DNA of 61,529 nucleotides, from IMG/VR virus record IMGVR_UViG_3300025632_000015, positions 1-61,529 of that record; one strand, 5' to 3'. This DNA comes from a virus. Its lineage: Duplodnaviria; Caudoviricetes. The notes beneath the pieces are model-generated. The model worked only from the letters and a program-made list of their open reading frames with translations. It did not search any database and was not told the DNA's origin. Shown here piece after piece: positions 1-11,078 of this stretch (the first letter of the stretch is position 1; the number at the start of each line of letters is the position of its first letter). Position numbers and translations under genes: made by a program.

Positions 1-2481
1 ACCGCTTCGGAACTTGCCGGCGGTATACCAGCAGGTATACCGATTGCGACAGTCATGCAGATGTTCACAAAACCAGCAAAAACTAGTAGCGGTGTCGATT
101 TTGATAATTTTACTTGGACCGGAAAGAACTTTTTTTACGATACAGAAAAAAAACCTATCTGGAGAAAATCTATTGGCATGCCAATGAAACCAAAAAGTTT
201 TTTCTTACTTGAACCAGAACTAGCAACCGAAGACAAGATAAAAGAGAACACAAGCAGTGATTGGATTCAAAACACTCATCTGTTTTCTACCAGCGATGCT
301 GTATCAACTTTTAGAGTCGGATATAATTCCAGGGAAAGCGTATTCCCAACTAGCCTTGGGAAGAGAGACACGCTTGACAGACAGTTCCACAAAGGAAAGT
401 GGGGCGGACTTAGAACTACAAGTAAAAGCAAAGTAACTTTTGCAGCACAGGTAGAATGGTTAGGTGACAGTGGTGCTTTTAGCGCATATTCAAAACACCC
501 AACAAGCATACCAGATTGTGACAACGAAGGTAAAACAATGGTAATTTACCGCTTCCCAAGACAACTAGACCCTGTTGCAGATAAAAAAGAATTGGAGTTT
601 AATTCCGCAAATCTAATGCCAAATTACGAAGTAACAACTGCAACAAAATATTGCTATCCATATCCTGGGAAAAATGCAAATAAAGATGAATACGCATTAA
701 TAGGAAGACTGAGAGTGGGTAACAAGACAGACAAAAATGTTAGTAGTTCCGATACAGTTGGCGCAGACAAGTACACAGTAGAAATCAATGGGGAAACATT
801 TGGAGCCAGGCAGTCAATTAAATTCATTCCAATGGTCTCTCCAAGTATGCCACCTAGTGACAAACATAGGCCATACCTTGTGTCACACTCCCAGGGTAAT
901 GGAATTGGGGAAGCACTGACAGGCGGAAAAAAAAACTGGTTTGATAAAACAGATTGGTTTTGTTTCGACACATCATCAATGGACGGGGCAGCAATTACAA
1001 TAGCAGATCCACACAAGACTGCGTATTTCAATAACTCAATGATTACAAATGCCTACTTTATAGACAGAGACTTTGATGTTGGAAGCACCGCTTTCGTAAT
1101 CGGTCAATGTATGTTGTCGTATGAAATGGATTCCGCATCAATAGATACTAAGTTAGGTTTGGTTGATGCATCTGAAAGAATGATATTGACAACACGATAC
1201 AGCAATGCGTTTGGTGGACCAATAAATAGTGGTGACGTTGGACAACGTTCTGATAAGTTACAACCAAGAAGCCCAAGAGATGGGACTAACGCTGGTAAGT
1301 TTACCGATGATTATTTAATTCCAACCATGACTATGACAACAGAAGATTTAGTTAACGGCACAGAACCAATAGGTGCATTGGCAGTTAGAGATACTTTCAA
1401 GAAAATATTCGACTATGAGTTAACACCAGAATGGTTTGGTACATTGAGATTGCCTAACCAAGACCCTAATGATCCTACTAGATATATAGTAGATACTAAC
1501 TATGGTAAGTTTAGTTATCCCTATAGTATAGTAGGGTTTACTATACCTGGATATTATAATGGACCCGTACTAAGATATGGAGAAGATGGAAAGCCAGTCG
1601 GTGCAACAGATGAACACCCAGGATTTATTGGTAAGAGCAAAGCGTACGTCAATTACCAAAGTCCATTTGGCACATTACATCGCCACACTATTAATTTCTC
1701 AGAAGAGATAGCAATACAGAACCAAATTATTGATTCGGGTGGTTCGGTAACGGATGTATATGAAAACCAAACAGACTCAGATAGTGGTGCGTTTGGAGAA
1801 GGAATAGAAGACGTTACAAAGTTAAAAGCGGAGACTATTCAATACGAAGAATGGCTAAAAGATAGAATGATGCAAGATTATGGAAGTATACGTTTTACAA
1901 ATACCGTATTTAATCAACACATTAATTTCTTCAATAAAGATTTCGTCACAGGAAAGATGCTACTAGAAGCAGGCTACTCTATCCCTGGAGTAGACACATC
2001 AATGTATGAAAATGAAGCAAAGTATCTTGGTATACCAACAACTGCTGCAGAACTCGAAGAAGAACCAGAACCAACACAAGTGATGGGACTTGGAGCATTT
2101 AGTGATGCATCTGGATTTACAATAACAGACGTTACTTCTAAGTGGGGTGCAATAGGTTCTGCAAGCCCACGTTACACCGGAGATATTGGGATGTCCATGG
2201 TACCATACGCTGCAGACGTTGCTGGAGAAGAAATGGGTTATATGGCAATGAGTAACTTAGATGGTCTAGGATACCCAGGCGAAGGTATCGTAGATGATGC
2301 TAAAGATTTTGCAGCAGAGGTAACACTTGAAGCAGCAAAATACTCCGGACTTGGAATAGGTCTTGGATTAGGTGGAGCAGCAATAATGTTGGCTGGTGGA
2401 GTTGCAGTCGGCATAGCAGCAAAAGGTGCTGGAGAAGGGGTTTGGACTATCTTAAATAAAAAACAACCGTCACCAAATTAA
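1..2481 (+). CDS. Large hypothetical protein with C-terminal Gly-rich membrane anchor (5'-truncated by window edge)
   Basis: The frame is open from base 1 (TASELAGGIPAG...). The C-terminus carries a hydrophobic GLGIGLGLGGAAIMLAGGVAVGIAA segment. xGLG motifs (VMGLGA, LDGLGY) precede it. Confidence 0.75.
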   Translation, partial: TASELAGGIPAGIPIATVMQMFTKPAKTSSGVDFDNFTWTGKNFFYDTEKKPIWRKSIGMPMKPKSFFLLEPELATEDKIKENTSSDWIQNTHLFSTSDAVSTFRVGYNSRESVFPTSLGKRDTLDRQFHKGKWGGLRTTSKSKVTFAAQVEWLGDSGAFSAYSKHPTSIPDCDNEGKTMVIYRFPRQLDPVADKKELEFNSANLMPNYEVTTATKYCYPYPGKNANKDEYALIGRLRVGNKTDKNVSSSDTVGADKYTVEINGETFGARQSIKFIPMVSPSMPPSDKHRPYLVSHSQGNGIGEALTGGKKNWFDKTDWFCFDTSSMDGAAITIADPHKTAYFNNSMITNAYFIDRDFDVGSTAFVIGQCMLSYEMDSASIDTKLGLVDASERMILTTRYSNAFGGPINSGDVGQRSDKLQPRSPRDGTNAGKFTDDYLIPTMTMTTEDLVNGTEPIGALAVRDTFKKIFDYELTPEWFGTLRLPNQDPNDPTRYIVDTNYGKFSYPYSIVGFTIPGYYNGPVLRYGEDGKPVGATDEHPGFIGKSKAYVNYQSPFGTLHRHTINFSEEIAIQNQIIDSGGSVTDVYENQTDSDSGAFGEGIEDVTKLKAETIQYEEWLKDRMMQDYGSIRFTNTVFNQHINFFNKDFVTGKMLLEAGYSIPGVDTSMYENEAKYLGIPTTAAELEEEPEPTQVMGLGAFSDASGFTITDVTSKWGAIGSASPRYTGDIGMSMVPYAADVAGEEMGYMAMSNLDGLGYPGEGIVDDAKDFAAEVTLEAAKYSGLGIGLGLGGAAIMLAGGVAVGIAAKGAGEGVWTILNKKQPSPN

Positions 2482-2520
2482 GCAACACACTCTTAACAAA
2501 CCACCTAGTGGGGATAGACG

Positions 2521-3786
2521 ATGGTAGTCAGTCCTGACTTTGCTAGTAGAGTTATTTACGACTTCAAGGAGAAGTCAAAAGAAATCATCAATACTTATGG
2601 TTTAGATCATTTAAGAGGAACCGAATCGATGGACCCGGTTTCTAAGTTAGGTGAAGAATTTATTACATTAGCAGAAGGCGGATCCATAAATCGAACACTA
2701 ACAGAGTCAATGTTAGAGTCAGAAAAAAGATTATACTTGAAAACAATTGAGCAAAAAGTACTGGAAGTTTCCAGACAACAAAGTGCTACGTTAAACGGGA
2801 TTGCATCGGCACACGCGGCAAAACCACCAGTGCAAGATGCTAATTGGGATAGAACAATTACATCTGTTGCTAGAGAAGTAGACAGAATCGCAGTAAAAAA
2901 CGCAGACTTGATGAATATGTTGCCTAAACAACAACAGCAAGTTATGGACGGCATGTTTTCAAAAGTTGTCGACCAAGTTAGATTTAGTCACAGCAGAGAC
3001 CCTTCTTCACAAAGCGCAGTGAATGCAGAAAAAGCATCAATGAAGGAATTACGTAAAGTAGAATCACACTTAGAGAAAGTTAGTAAAAATGCTTTAAAAA
3101 CAAAGCAAGATATGATTTACAACGACTTCAATGAGCAATTAGGACGCTATATGGCATCTTTTTCACAACTTCGCAAAGCAATGAAGCCTGCGGAAGTAAA
3201 GGCAGCAAATGCACAAATATCTTCAATCAAAGCAATGATGCGAGAAATCAAAACCAACAGAAGATTGGTTAGTGACCAAGAGTTGTTGAAAGCACACATT
3301 AGTGCATTACAAGACCAATTTAGAATACTAAATGATATGGAAGGTAGTGTTAGTGAAACAGTTTCTGCTGTTGCAGGTATATTTGGTTCAACACATAGAA
3401 GAACAAACAAAAGAAACTTTTCATTCGATGGTTTTGGTGCAATGGTATCAGCAGAAGAAATCGCTAATAAACACCCAGAAAGAACAAACCCTGCACACAT
3501 TCGTTCAATGCAGTATTTTATGAATCAAGGGCAAACATTTGAAGAAGCACACGAATCAGCAATAGCATATGGGTTCGAACCCGACGGCGGAGTAATGGCA
3601 ATGGATTTAGACCGCAGAATAAATTATTTGGGCGCAGCCCCTCCAGGATGGAAGCCAGAAGACTACGCTCTAGAAGAGTCTTCGACAGGAAGAAAAGTGT
3701 TAAACGTAGGTGGTATAGGAGTAGGTGGAACAATATTTATTGGAGCGTTAGGGTTGGTAGCATTAGTAGCAGTATCAAGTAGGTGA
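2521..3786 (+). CDS. Coiled-coil protein with C-terminal transmembrane anchor, putative virion membrane protein
   Basis: Helical, charged N-terminal two-thirds and a C-terminal IGVGGTIFIGALGLVALVAV segment. A TATA-like CTTAAC lies about 29 nt upstream. Confidence 0.75.
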   Translation: MVVSPDFASRVIYDFKEKSKEIINTYGLDHLRGTESMDPVSKLGEEFITLAEGGSINRTLTESMLESEKRLYLKTIEQKVLEVSRQQSATLNGIASAHAAKPPVQDANWDRTITSVAREVDRIAVKNADLMNMLPKQQQQVMDGMFSKVVDQVRFSHSRDPSSQSAVNAEKASMKELRKVESHLEKVSKNALKTKQDMIYNDFNEQLGRYMASFSQLRKAMKPAEVKAANAQISSIKAMMREIKTNRRLVSDQELLKAHISALQDQFRILNDMEGSVSETVSAVAGIFGSTHRRTNKRNFSFDGFGAMVSAEEIANKHPERTNPAHIRSMQYFMNQGQTFEEAHESAIAYGFEPDGGVMAMDLDRRINYLGAAPPGWKPEDYALEESSTGRKVLNVGGIGVGGTIFIGALGLVALVAVSSR

Positions 3787-5804
3787 ACAAAATGAATTTT
3801 ATAAGAAACAATGGTGAAGTGGTAGAAGTTAATGACAAAGATGTCAAAACTTTAGAAAAGACTCAAACGTACACACTCTTTGGAGCTAAACATAATCCAA
3901 GCGGTGAACAAATGGTAGGCGTAGTATATAGTAACGACGTGGCAAAAGCAGAAGCCGAATATGCAGACAACGATTCAGGGCAACCAGAATATAACGAAAT
4001 ATTGGCAAATCCTAAGAAGACGTCTAAAATAACATGGCGAAACCTTAGATTACAGAGCGCAATATCAGGAGAGAAAGCAATTAAGGGACTAATTAGTACT
4101 ACTGCTGGTCTTTTTACAAAAGCAGCCAGAAAAGCAGGAAGCAGTATCGCAGCAGGCGGAATTACAAATGAAATGTCTGTAAGAGAAGATCCATTGTTAT
4201 TCATTGCAACTGCGGAAGATTGGTATGCATATATTAAGAATATGAACACAGTCGATATAGGCGCAGAATTTGCTGCCGGTGTGTCACACGCACAACGTTC
4301 TTCTAATGCATTATTCGCACACGAATGGGAGAGTGACCCAGGTCATCACAATCTTATGGGAAGATTACTTCCGGGTTCAGATAGCCAAGAAGCAGTTGCA
4401 AAAGGGCAGATTGCTTATGATATTCTAACACGAGGCAGAGAATTACTTAAACAACAAGGATACGGTGCTACACAACAACAAGTGATGCATAAACTTGTTT
4501 TCGACATACTGCGCTCTATGCCAGTAAAACAGTACAACTATTACACATTATACCAACTTCACCCAGATGAAGGTAATGAAATATACGCTGAATTCAAAAG
4601 CAGATACATTCCTTTAGAGACAGCAGAAGTAGAAATGGTATTAGAAATGCAAAGATCACTAGCATCAGAAGGTGACGCATACGCATTCAGAACTACAACT
4701 AACGAACAAACAGGACTACTCTCTTCACAACTAATGCGAAGAGTAGTTGCAGACTACGAAGTTGGTGATACTGTAAACGTTCGAACATTACTAATGACAT
4801 TACAAGGCCCACCATATAATTACAGAGCAAGAGCAGTTGACATAGCAATGGCATCAGGTCAAAGTAGCGCAGCAGTAGCTAGCGGTACAACGTTTATGGA
4901 GTTCAATCTACAAAACAGAGAGATAATGACTGACATGATTAATAATGGTAGTGGTAAGAAACTAAGCAACGAGAAGGTTGGCGCTTATGCTCTTGGCATT
5001 GAATCAACTCACTTGGATAAAGGCAATGAGTTGAAAATTAGTAAAGACCGCATCGCCGACTATCCTACAATAGTAATTGCAGCAAGTCAGTATGACCCAA
5101 CACCACTGTATGTTGCTGTAGCAGTTTCCGGTGGTAAAGGTGGCAGCAACAAAAACCAACAAGGTAAAAAGAAAGGTGGTGGCGGCAAGTGGAAGATAAT
5201 CAAGTACAACGAAGATTATCTAAAACTTGGTAAAAACGACAATGCTGGTAAAAAAGCACAAGGAATCAGAAGAGGACTTGGTAAGAAAAACCCTACCAAG
5301 AAAGCAAAGAAAAATCCACAACCAACAAAGCGTGGTAACTTTCACTTTGTTCAACTATGGCCAACTACACAATTAGATATTAAGAAAAGAGAACCAGTTG
5401 GAGGAATGGCAGGTGGTACTAGACATGGCACAGGCAAGTCAAAGAAGGGCCAAGGATATTGGACCAGAGGTCTAAACAAAGCAACCAAAGATATGCAAAA
5501 CAAACAACTACTGATGATGGGAACACACAAGAAAACAGGTGAAGAAGCACCTTACAGAATTAAATTCCCAGTCTCTTTGTTCAAAATTGTTAACCATCCA
5601 ACAGCAGGGTACAAAACACTAATGCCCAAGAAAGATATACAAAATAAGAAATTCATCGCAGCATACCAAGATTTCATAAATCATTATGGATTACCAAAAC
5701 ATGCACCTTCGAAAGATACGTATAATCGATTTATTATACCGAAGTCAGAAAGAGCGAAAAGTCCTTACTACATAGATATGCGTAAAAAAAGCGGTAGAAA
5801 GTGA
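3783..5804 (+). CDS. Hypothetical protein with Lys-rich C-terminal region and NP motifs
   Basis: 673-aa ORF in an overlapping gene run. AGGTGA precedes an alternative ATG at 3792. Contains AKHNP, GKKNP and AKKNP. Confidence 0.75.
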   Translation: MNKMNFIRNNGEVVEVNDKDVKTLEKTQTYTLFGAKHNPSGEQMVGVVYSNDVAKAEAEYADNDSGQPEYNEILANPKKTSKITWRNLRLQSAISGEKAIKGLISTTAGLFTKAARKAGSSIAAGGITNEMSVREDPLLFIATAEDWYAYIKNMNTVDIGAEFAAGVSHAQRSSNALFAHEWESDPGHHNLMGRLLPGSDSQEAVAKGQIAYDILTRGRELLKQQGYGATQQQVMHKLVFDILRSMPVKQYNYYTLYQLHPDEGNEIYAEFKSRYIPLETAEVEMVLEMQRSLASEGDAYAFRTTTNEQTGLLSSQLMRRVVADYEVGDTVNVRTLLMTLQGPPYNYRARAVDIAMASGQSSAAVASGTTFMEFNLQNREIMTDMINNGSGKKLSNEKVGAYALGIESTHLDKGNELKISKDRIADYPTIVIAASQYDPTPLYVAVAVSGGKGGSNKNQQGKKKGGGGKWKIIKYNEDYLKLGKNDNAGKKAQGIRRGLGKKNPTKKAKKNPQPTKRGNFHFVQLWPTTQLDIKKREPVGGMAGGTRHGTGKSKKGQGYWTRGLNKATKDMQNKQLLMMGTHKKTGEEAPYRIKFPVSLFKIVNHPTAGYKTLMPKKDIQNKKFIAAYQDFINHYGLPKHAPSKDTYNRFIIPKSERAKSPYYIDMRKKSGRK

Positions 5805-8002
5805 TTAAAATGAGAGTAAAGGTACCAAGAGAATTGGCTGGTGGCTCTCTACTTAAAGCACACCAGTGGGTTAAGTCTAATGTAGCCAAAACAAATCCAG
5901 GTAGAGCAAGTAATGATTACACGCTTCAAGCAGTTGATGGTACACCAATCAGTCTTAGTGATTTAACAAGTAGAACATTTGACGAAGTTCTAGTAGTATC
6001 AGGAACAAAAAACAACCCAGGTCAGTACCCGGTTCCAGAAGAATCATGGGGATATCCAACATATAAATCTAAAAACAGATTAGGTAACAAAGTGACTACA
6101 CTGTTAGCAAAAGATATTGATCCATCAATGATAGAAAGAATAGCCGCGCAAAATGGTATGTTCAGTGCACTCAATACTGTGACAAAATTATTGTATACTT
6201 CAAAAAACAACCTGAGGGGTACGGATACTAAAGTCGCTGCACTGCTACAAACATATGCTAACGCATCTGCAGTCAAAAATAATCCAGGAAGACCGTTCTT
6301 TGCAACAGATATAAACAACAAATTTAGAGGAGTTGTATCACCACAAGAAGCAACACGCTCATTTATTGCACAAGAATTTGGGGTAGACCCGTCTGATGGC
6401 GTATTCGATGCAAATAGTGAAGCAAGTACGTACCTAATAGACAAAGCAAGAATTATTAGAATGTATGATTTGGCTAACCCAGACACAATTGAAGATTTTA
6501 TGGATAACGTTTTGTTCCCGTTCCTAGCGATATCAACAGCAAACGCAAAGATGTTGAAAGCAATGAAGCACCAAGATTACAATGACATGACTAGGGATGC
6601 GCTCACAAGAGGCAGAAAAGACAGTGATAGTTTTGATATCAGATGGCAGAAACTAATTTCTATGGTACCAACAAAAGCAGAACAATTCTATGATGGAATG
6701 GATTATGCTTTAGTCGCACATCCTTTGTTCATGAGTGACAGTCTTGGTATAGCAGCAATGAATAGAAATCTTATAAGATACATTGCTAATACAGTTAGAG
6801 ATTATCCAGGTAACGCAAACCGCGCAGTTAGTTCAATACAAAGAAGAGAATTTGCTACACCGTTACAAAAATTCTTGAACATGTTCAGACCAGAAGACGG
6901 CGCCCTGTATGAGATGATGCAAGGCCAAACCGATATATTACGAGCCGGAACCACAGCAGAAGAAACACTAGCAGCATTGCAGTCTATCTATAACCCCGAA
7001 ACAATAGATATTGATATAGCCAAATATACCGCAAATCTGGAGACTGATCGGTTAGTTGGATTCTTTAGAGACGTCGCTGGTTTCAAACCCACCCCACCAC
7101 CATATTGGCCCAAACCAGTTGTATTAGCAATGATGGACGCACTTAGAAATAACATAAACGCAGTCATTATTAATGAACAATTGAACTTCGGCGGAACATT
7201 TATGTCGCATCTAACCAGAGGCAAGCTTCCTGCACAATACTGGTGGCTACAATCGATACAAATTCAATTAGCAAGCCCAGAAACGCTGCCCAAAGCAAAA
7301 AATGAGGTATTAGAGGGGATAAAATATCATAAGAGAAGTACTAAGTTTGGTAAAGTAATGGAAGAACTCTATCCAACTATAGAAGGACAAACCTATGCTG
7401 ACCAACTTAGTAGGACACCGGGAAATCCGTATGATATCTCAGCGAAGAAATTTTCCGAAATCGCAAACAAACTCAGTGATTACATAGACAGAATAAAACA
7501 AGATGGAAAAGGTTCCCTGAGTGACACCGTAAGTCCAACAATACATATACTAAGTGTATTTATGGAAATAGAAGATACTAGTAGAAGTAAGTATAACTAT
7601 ACTATGAGTGAAAACGATAGAGCATTTACACTATATATGCTACAAGAAGTATTTAACTATATAGACCGCAATACACCCGGCAGCTTAGGAGAACTAAGAC
7701 AATCATCAACCCCTGCAGATAACGCTAATATATTGAATATACTACAAGGATATACGGACACCGTCCCTACGGTAAACAACAAAGAACTAACAAATAGAAT
7801 AGAGTTTGAAACAGGAGTACAAGAAATATGGTATCAAGTCCAAGCACTATTAGTTGGATCTGATCCAGGCAATGTTGCGGTCGTCCAAAAAGATGCAAAA
7901 GACGAGTTGCTAGAATATAGGAACGGATTACCAGAGGAATGGCGTCGAATTAGAATAGACACTCTAATAGACACAATAAATGATTGGAGACCAGCCCCAT
8001 GA
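5801..8002 (+). CDS. Hypothetical protein with three N-terminal NP motifs
   Basis: 733-aa ORF overlapping the previous stop. Contains AKTNPG, TKNNPG and VKNNPG. Confidence 0.75.
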   Translation: MIKMRVKVPRELAGGSLLKAHQWVKSNVAKTNPGRASNDYTLQAVDGTPISLSDLTSRTFDEVLVVSGTKNNPGQYPVPEESWGYPTYKSKNRLGNKVTTLLAKDIDPSMIERIAAQNGMFSALNTVTKLLYTSKNNLRGTDTKVAALLQTYANASAVKNNPGRPFFATDINNKFRGVVSPQEATRSFIAQEFGVDPSDGVFDANSEASTYLIDKARIIRMYDLANPDTIEDFMDNVLFPFLAISTANAKMLKAMKHQDYNDMTRDALTRGRKDSDSFDIRWQKLISMVPTKAEQFYDGMDYALVAHPLFMSDSLGIAAMNRNLIRYIANTVRDYPGNANRAVSSIQRREFATPLQKFLNMFRPEDGALYEMMQGQTDILRAGTTAEETLAALQSIYNPETIDIDIAKYTANLETDRLVGFFRDVAGFKPTPPPYWPKPVVLAMMDALRNNINAVIINEQLNFGGTFMSHLTRGKLPAQYWWLQSIQIQLASPETLPKAKNEVLEGIKYHKRSTKFGKVMEELYPTIEGQTYADQLSRTPGNPYDISAKKFSEIANKLSDYIDRIKQDGKGSLSDTVSPTIHILSVFMEIEDTSRSKYNYTMSENDRAFTLYMLQEVFNYIDRNTPGSLGELRQSSTPADNANILNILQGYTDTVPTVNNKELTNRIEFETGVQEIWYQVQALLVGSDPGNVAVVQKDAKDELLEYRNGLPEEWRRIRIDTLIDTINDWRPAP

Positions 8003-9084
8003 GTAATTTATCTGATAAAATAGCCGCTCTTAAAAAGCGGGACCAAGAACTCTACGCTGACGGAAAAAAAGACCCATTCGGGCCAGCAACTTATATCAAC
8101 GAAGAGATACAGGCTATTGCCGACAAGGCAGCAACAATTACAGTAAGATACGACGGGATGGATGTAATATCCGACATGCTAGATAAACACACTCACAAAA
8201 CACTAGAATTACTAGATGAAGGAAGTAGAGCAATACAAGCCCATGCAAATGACGTAGTAAGTCATTTCGACGCATTCATTAGAGAAGGCCCAATTACGAT
8301 AAAATACGATAAAGGCGATGGTAAGGCAAAAAAAGAAGCAGAAGAAAAATATGCTCAAGAAAGTCAGAAATACCTCAGTCACATTCACCACATTGTCATG
8401 GATGTTGCAAGATTCGGAGAAGTCAAAAGTTCACTAAGCGGTGCCGAAAACCTACTAAGGATGCAAACAAACTTAGTCGATAAAGACGAAGTATTTACTA
8501 GAAGTGGACATAACGCAACAATATTAAATTTAATCAAATTCATCAAACAAATGGAAGAAGATCTAAACAAAGCAAAACAAGAAAGAGACGGATTAATAAT
8601 CGAACTAAGACAATTCCTGGGCAGAAAACCTTCAGAAGTACCAACAAACAAGGGTTTAGACAAAAATAAATTAGGACCGTTTGTTACAAGATACAAGGCA
8701 TTTGACCCATTATTCTTTGAAATGGCAATTTCATACATCACTTATACAATGGCAATATATAAGTTAGAAGTCAACGCCAGAAAGGTAACTATGGAAATAA
8801 CCAAAATCAAAAATCTACAGTGGTTCCAATCAAGATCTACTCGTCCTATAGCATCAGTATCAACACAGAACCAAATAGATAATATGTTGGCTGACATTGA
8901 TTTTACAAATGCTTCTCTTAATAAATCTTTCAAAAAACTAAGTTCGACAGCAAATAACTTTTTGGAAAAATATGACGTACCAGACTCGATAAAGAACCTT
9001 CCAGCCACGGGTAAGACTAGTAGTGAAGCCATAGATAATGCTGCTGAAGACCTAGTAACCGCACTAAAAAATTCCGTACTTTAA
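7999..9084 (+). CDS. Alpha-helical/coiled-coil hypothetical protein
   Basis: ATG at 7999 overlaps the previous stop (ATGA). Sequence is charged and heptad-like. Confidence 0.7.
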   Translation: MSNLSDKIAALKKRDQELYADGKKDPFGPATYINEEIQAIADKAATITVRYDGMDVISDMLDKHTHKTLELLDEGSRAIQAHANDVVSHFDAFIREGPITIKYDKGDGKAKKEAEEKYAQESQKYLSHIHHIVMDVARFGEVKSSLSGAENLLRMQTNLVDKDEVFTRSGHNATILNLIKFIKQMEEDLNKAKQERDGLIIELRQFLGRKPSEVPTNKGLDKNKLGPFVTRYKAFDPLFFEMAISYITYTMAIYKLEVNARKVTMEITKIKNLQWFQSRSTRPIASVSTQNQIDNMLADIDFTNASLNKSFKKLSSTANNFLEKYDVPDSIKNLPATGKTSSEAIDNAAEDLVTALKNSVL

Positions 9085-9115
9085 TCACTACCTGTATAAG
9101 TAGCGACCCTCTCCG

Positions 9116-10537
9116 ATGAGTATGATTAGCGCAGTCTATTGTAATGATTGCGGTGATAGAAACGATTCTAGTCACATGCATTGTAAAATGTGCGGAGCTA
9201 AATTACCGGTGATGGCACGACAAAATCCATTGTATGCAAAACTAACAGAAGACAGGCCAAAAGCGGTTGTTTTTGATTTAGACATGACATTATTTGACAA
9301 CTCACAAAGATTCACAGATGCAAGAAGAGCAGGACTTGTTGACAAAGCAGGAAAGCCAAAAGTCAAAGGGATGATGAGTAAAAAACAAGCGTTCAACAAA
9401 AGAAATAAATTCATTTACTCCAAAAAAGAACTTGCAAAAGACGTAGTGATTCCGGGCGCAACCCAGTTGGTTAGTGATTTGAAAAACGATGGCTACACCA
9501 TAATTTATCTTACTGCAAGACCAAACAAGTACCAAGAGCAAACAATCCAACAACTGGAAAATAAAGGCTTTCCATTGTTTAGAGACAGAGATGGTAACCC
9601 ATTAGTATTTTCTAAACCAGCAGATAAAACACAAGTTCCTGCGTTCAAAGGAAATAAAGTTAGAGAATTACTTGGTAATTACACAGTAGAAATGGTCTTT
9701 GATGACAACAAAAGCAATCTAGAAGAAATTTCTAAGTTAGGAATCCCAGGTCTGTATGCATCACTTTCAGATCATGTTAAGCACAATCCAGAAGCACACG
9801 ACTTCAGAGACGGACAGTTCGTAACAGGAACAGACAATGTCGATGTTGCATCTGATATGATGCGTGACCCAGATTTAGGTCCAGACGACAGAGAGCAAAC
9901 CGTAGGAGAAACAGCATATTTAGAAGAAGAACAAATGAAACAAATGAAACAAATGTCAATTGATGACTTCACATCAAACCCCATGGGACCAAACCCACTA
10001 CCAAATCCACTACCAAAACCAAAGAAAAAGAAACTTTCAAACGGTAAGTACCGCAAAGAACCAAAGAAAACTTACGTCAATAGAATGATGGAAACTAAGA
10101 AGATGAAAGAAGATTTCCCAGATAGGAAGCAAAGATATGCAGTTACTATGACATTGGTAACAAAGTTTTACGGTAAGTCTAAAGCAACACCCAAATCAAA
10201 TCCAGCACATCCAAGTAAAGTAGAGAAGGCTAAAAAACTTTACAAGCACATGAATGGTAAAGAACCAGCAAAGATCGAGAAAAAGAAACTTGACTTAGGT
10301 GATGTATGGTATCAAGTTGGTGAAGGAGGATGTTGGCAAATTGGTTACATATCTGGCAAAGATAACGGCAGAGATGACCAAAAGTACACTCATGTTTTCA
10401 ACGAAGAAACCAAAGACGGCAACTTCCCTAAGTTGTACGCAACAATGCCAGAAAACGGCAAACCAATGCTAATCATTACTGGCGGCACATGGAAGATTAA
10501 AACAGACGCCACTGGAACAGCATGGATATACGATTGA
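9116..10537 (+). CDS. Modular protein: Zn ribbon + HAD-family (PNK-type) phosphatase + small domains
   Basis: CxxC...CxxC at the N-terminus. HAD motifs FDLDMT, LTAR, K and VFDD are present. Modules are separated by ARQNP, VKHNP, TSNP/LPNP and PKSNP. Confidence 0.8.
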   Translation: MSMISAVYCNDCGDRNDSSHMHCKMCGAKLPVMARQNPLYAKLTEDRPKAVVFDLDMTLFDNSQRFTDARRAGLVDKAGKPKVKGMMSKKQAFNKRNKFIYSKKELAKDVVIPGATQLVSDLKNDGYTIIYLTARPNKYQEQTIQQLENKGFPLFRDRDGNPLVFSKPADKTQVPAFKGNKVRELLGNYTVEMVFDDNKSNLEEISKLGIPGLYASLSDHVKHNPEAHDFRDGQFVTGTDNVDVASDMMRDPDLGPDDREQTVGETAYLEEEQMKQMKQMSIDDFTSNPMGPNPLPNPLPKPKKKKLSNGKYRKEPKKTYVNRMMETKKMKEDFPDRKQRYAVTMTLVTKFYGKSKATPKSNPAHPSKVEKAKKLYKHMNGKEPAKIEKKKLDLGDVWYQVGEGGCWQIGYISGKDNGRDDQKYTHVFNEETKDGNFPKLYATMPENGKPMLIITGGTWKIKTDATGTAWIYD

Positions 10538-10546
10538 GGTGATTGA

Positions 10547-10849
10547 GTGAATCATAAATTAGGCATATCTGAGAAAACATGGACATACATTGGTGTGGCA
10601 TCCGGTACACTACTTTTGATGAGTTCTTTGCGCACAGCAGCCAATACTATTGGCAGCGATGGTGTGTTTGGTTACGGGAAGAGTCAAAAACTTGCGACCT
10701 ATGGGAAGGGCAAGGAGAAGACGTGGTCATCAATACAAGCACTTTCATTAGGACTAATTGCATTGACAATGGTAGAAAGTAGTCACGACAATTTAGTCAA
10801 ACTAGCAGAGATTAACGAACGAGGAAAAGAAAAGATACAATTTTGGTGA
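10547..10849 (+). CDS. Small membrane protein (two hydrophobic segments)
   Basis: GAGGTGA SD upstream of a GTG start; two TM-like stretches. Confidence 0.65.
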   Translation: MNHKLGISEKTWTYIGVASGTLLLMSSLRTAANTIGSDGVFGYGKSQKLATYGKGKEKTWSSIQALSLGLIALTMVESSHDNLVKLAEINERGKEKIQFW

Positions 10850-10853
10850 TACA

Positions 10854-11069
10854 ATGGCAGAAATATGGAACCCCTTCGATGACGGAAACCCCGTTTACAA
10901 AGAACTAGCAAAGAAAACCGCAATAAATAATAACACCTGGAAATGGATAGGAAGCATTGCAGTTGTGATGATTGTTGCTGATTACGCTGGCAAAAAAGGA
11001 TTCAGACTCAGTGGAGTGTCAGGATTAGGCAGGGTTAAGAACAATCCATATGGAATAATCCGCAAGTGA
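10854..11069 (+). CDS. Small membrane protein
   Basis: One TM segment. The C-terminus VSGLGRVKNNP contains both recurring motifs. Confidence 0.65.
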   Translation: MAEIWNPFDDGNPVYKELAKKTAINNNTWKWIGSIAVVMIVADYAGKKGFRLSGVSGLGRVKNNPYGIIRK

Positions 11070-11078
11070 GGCGGAGGT

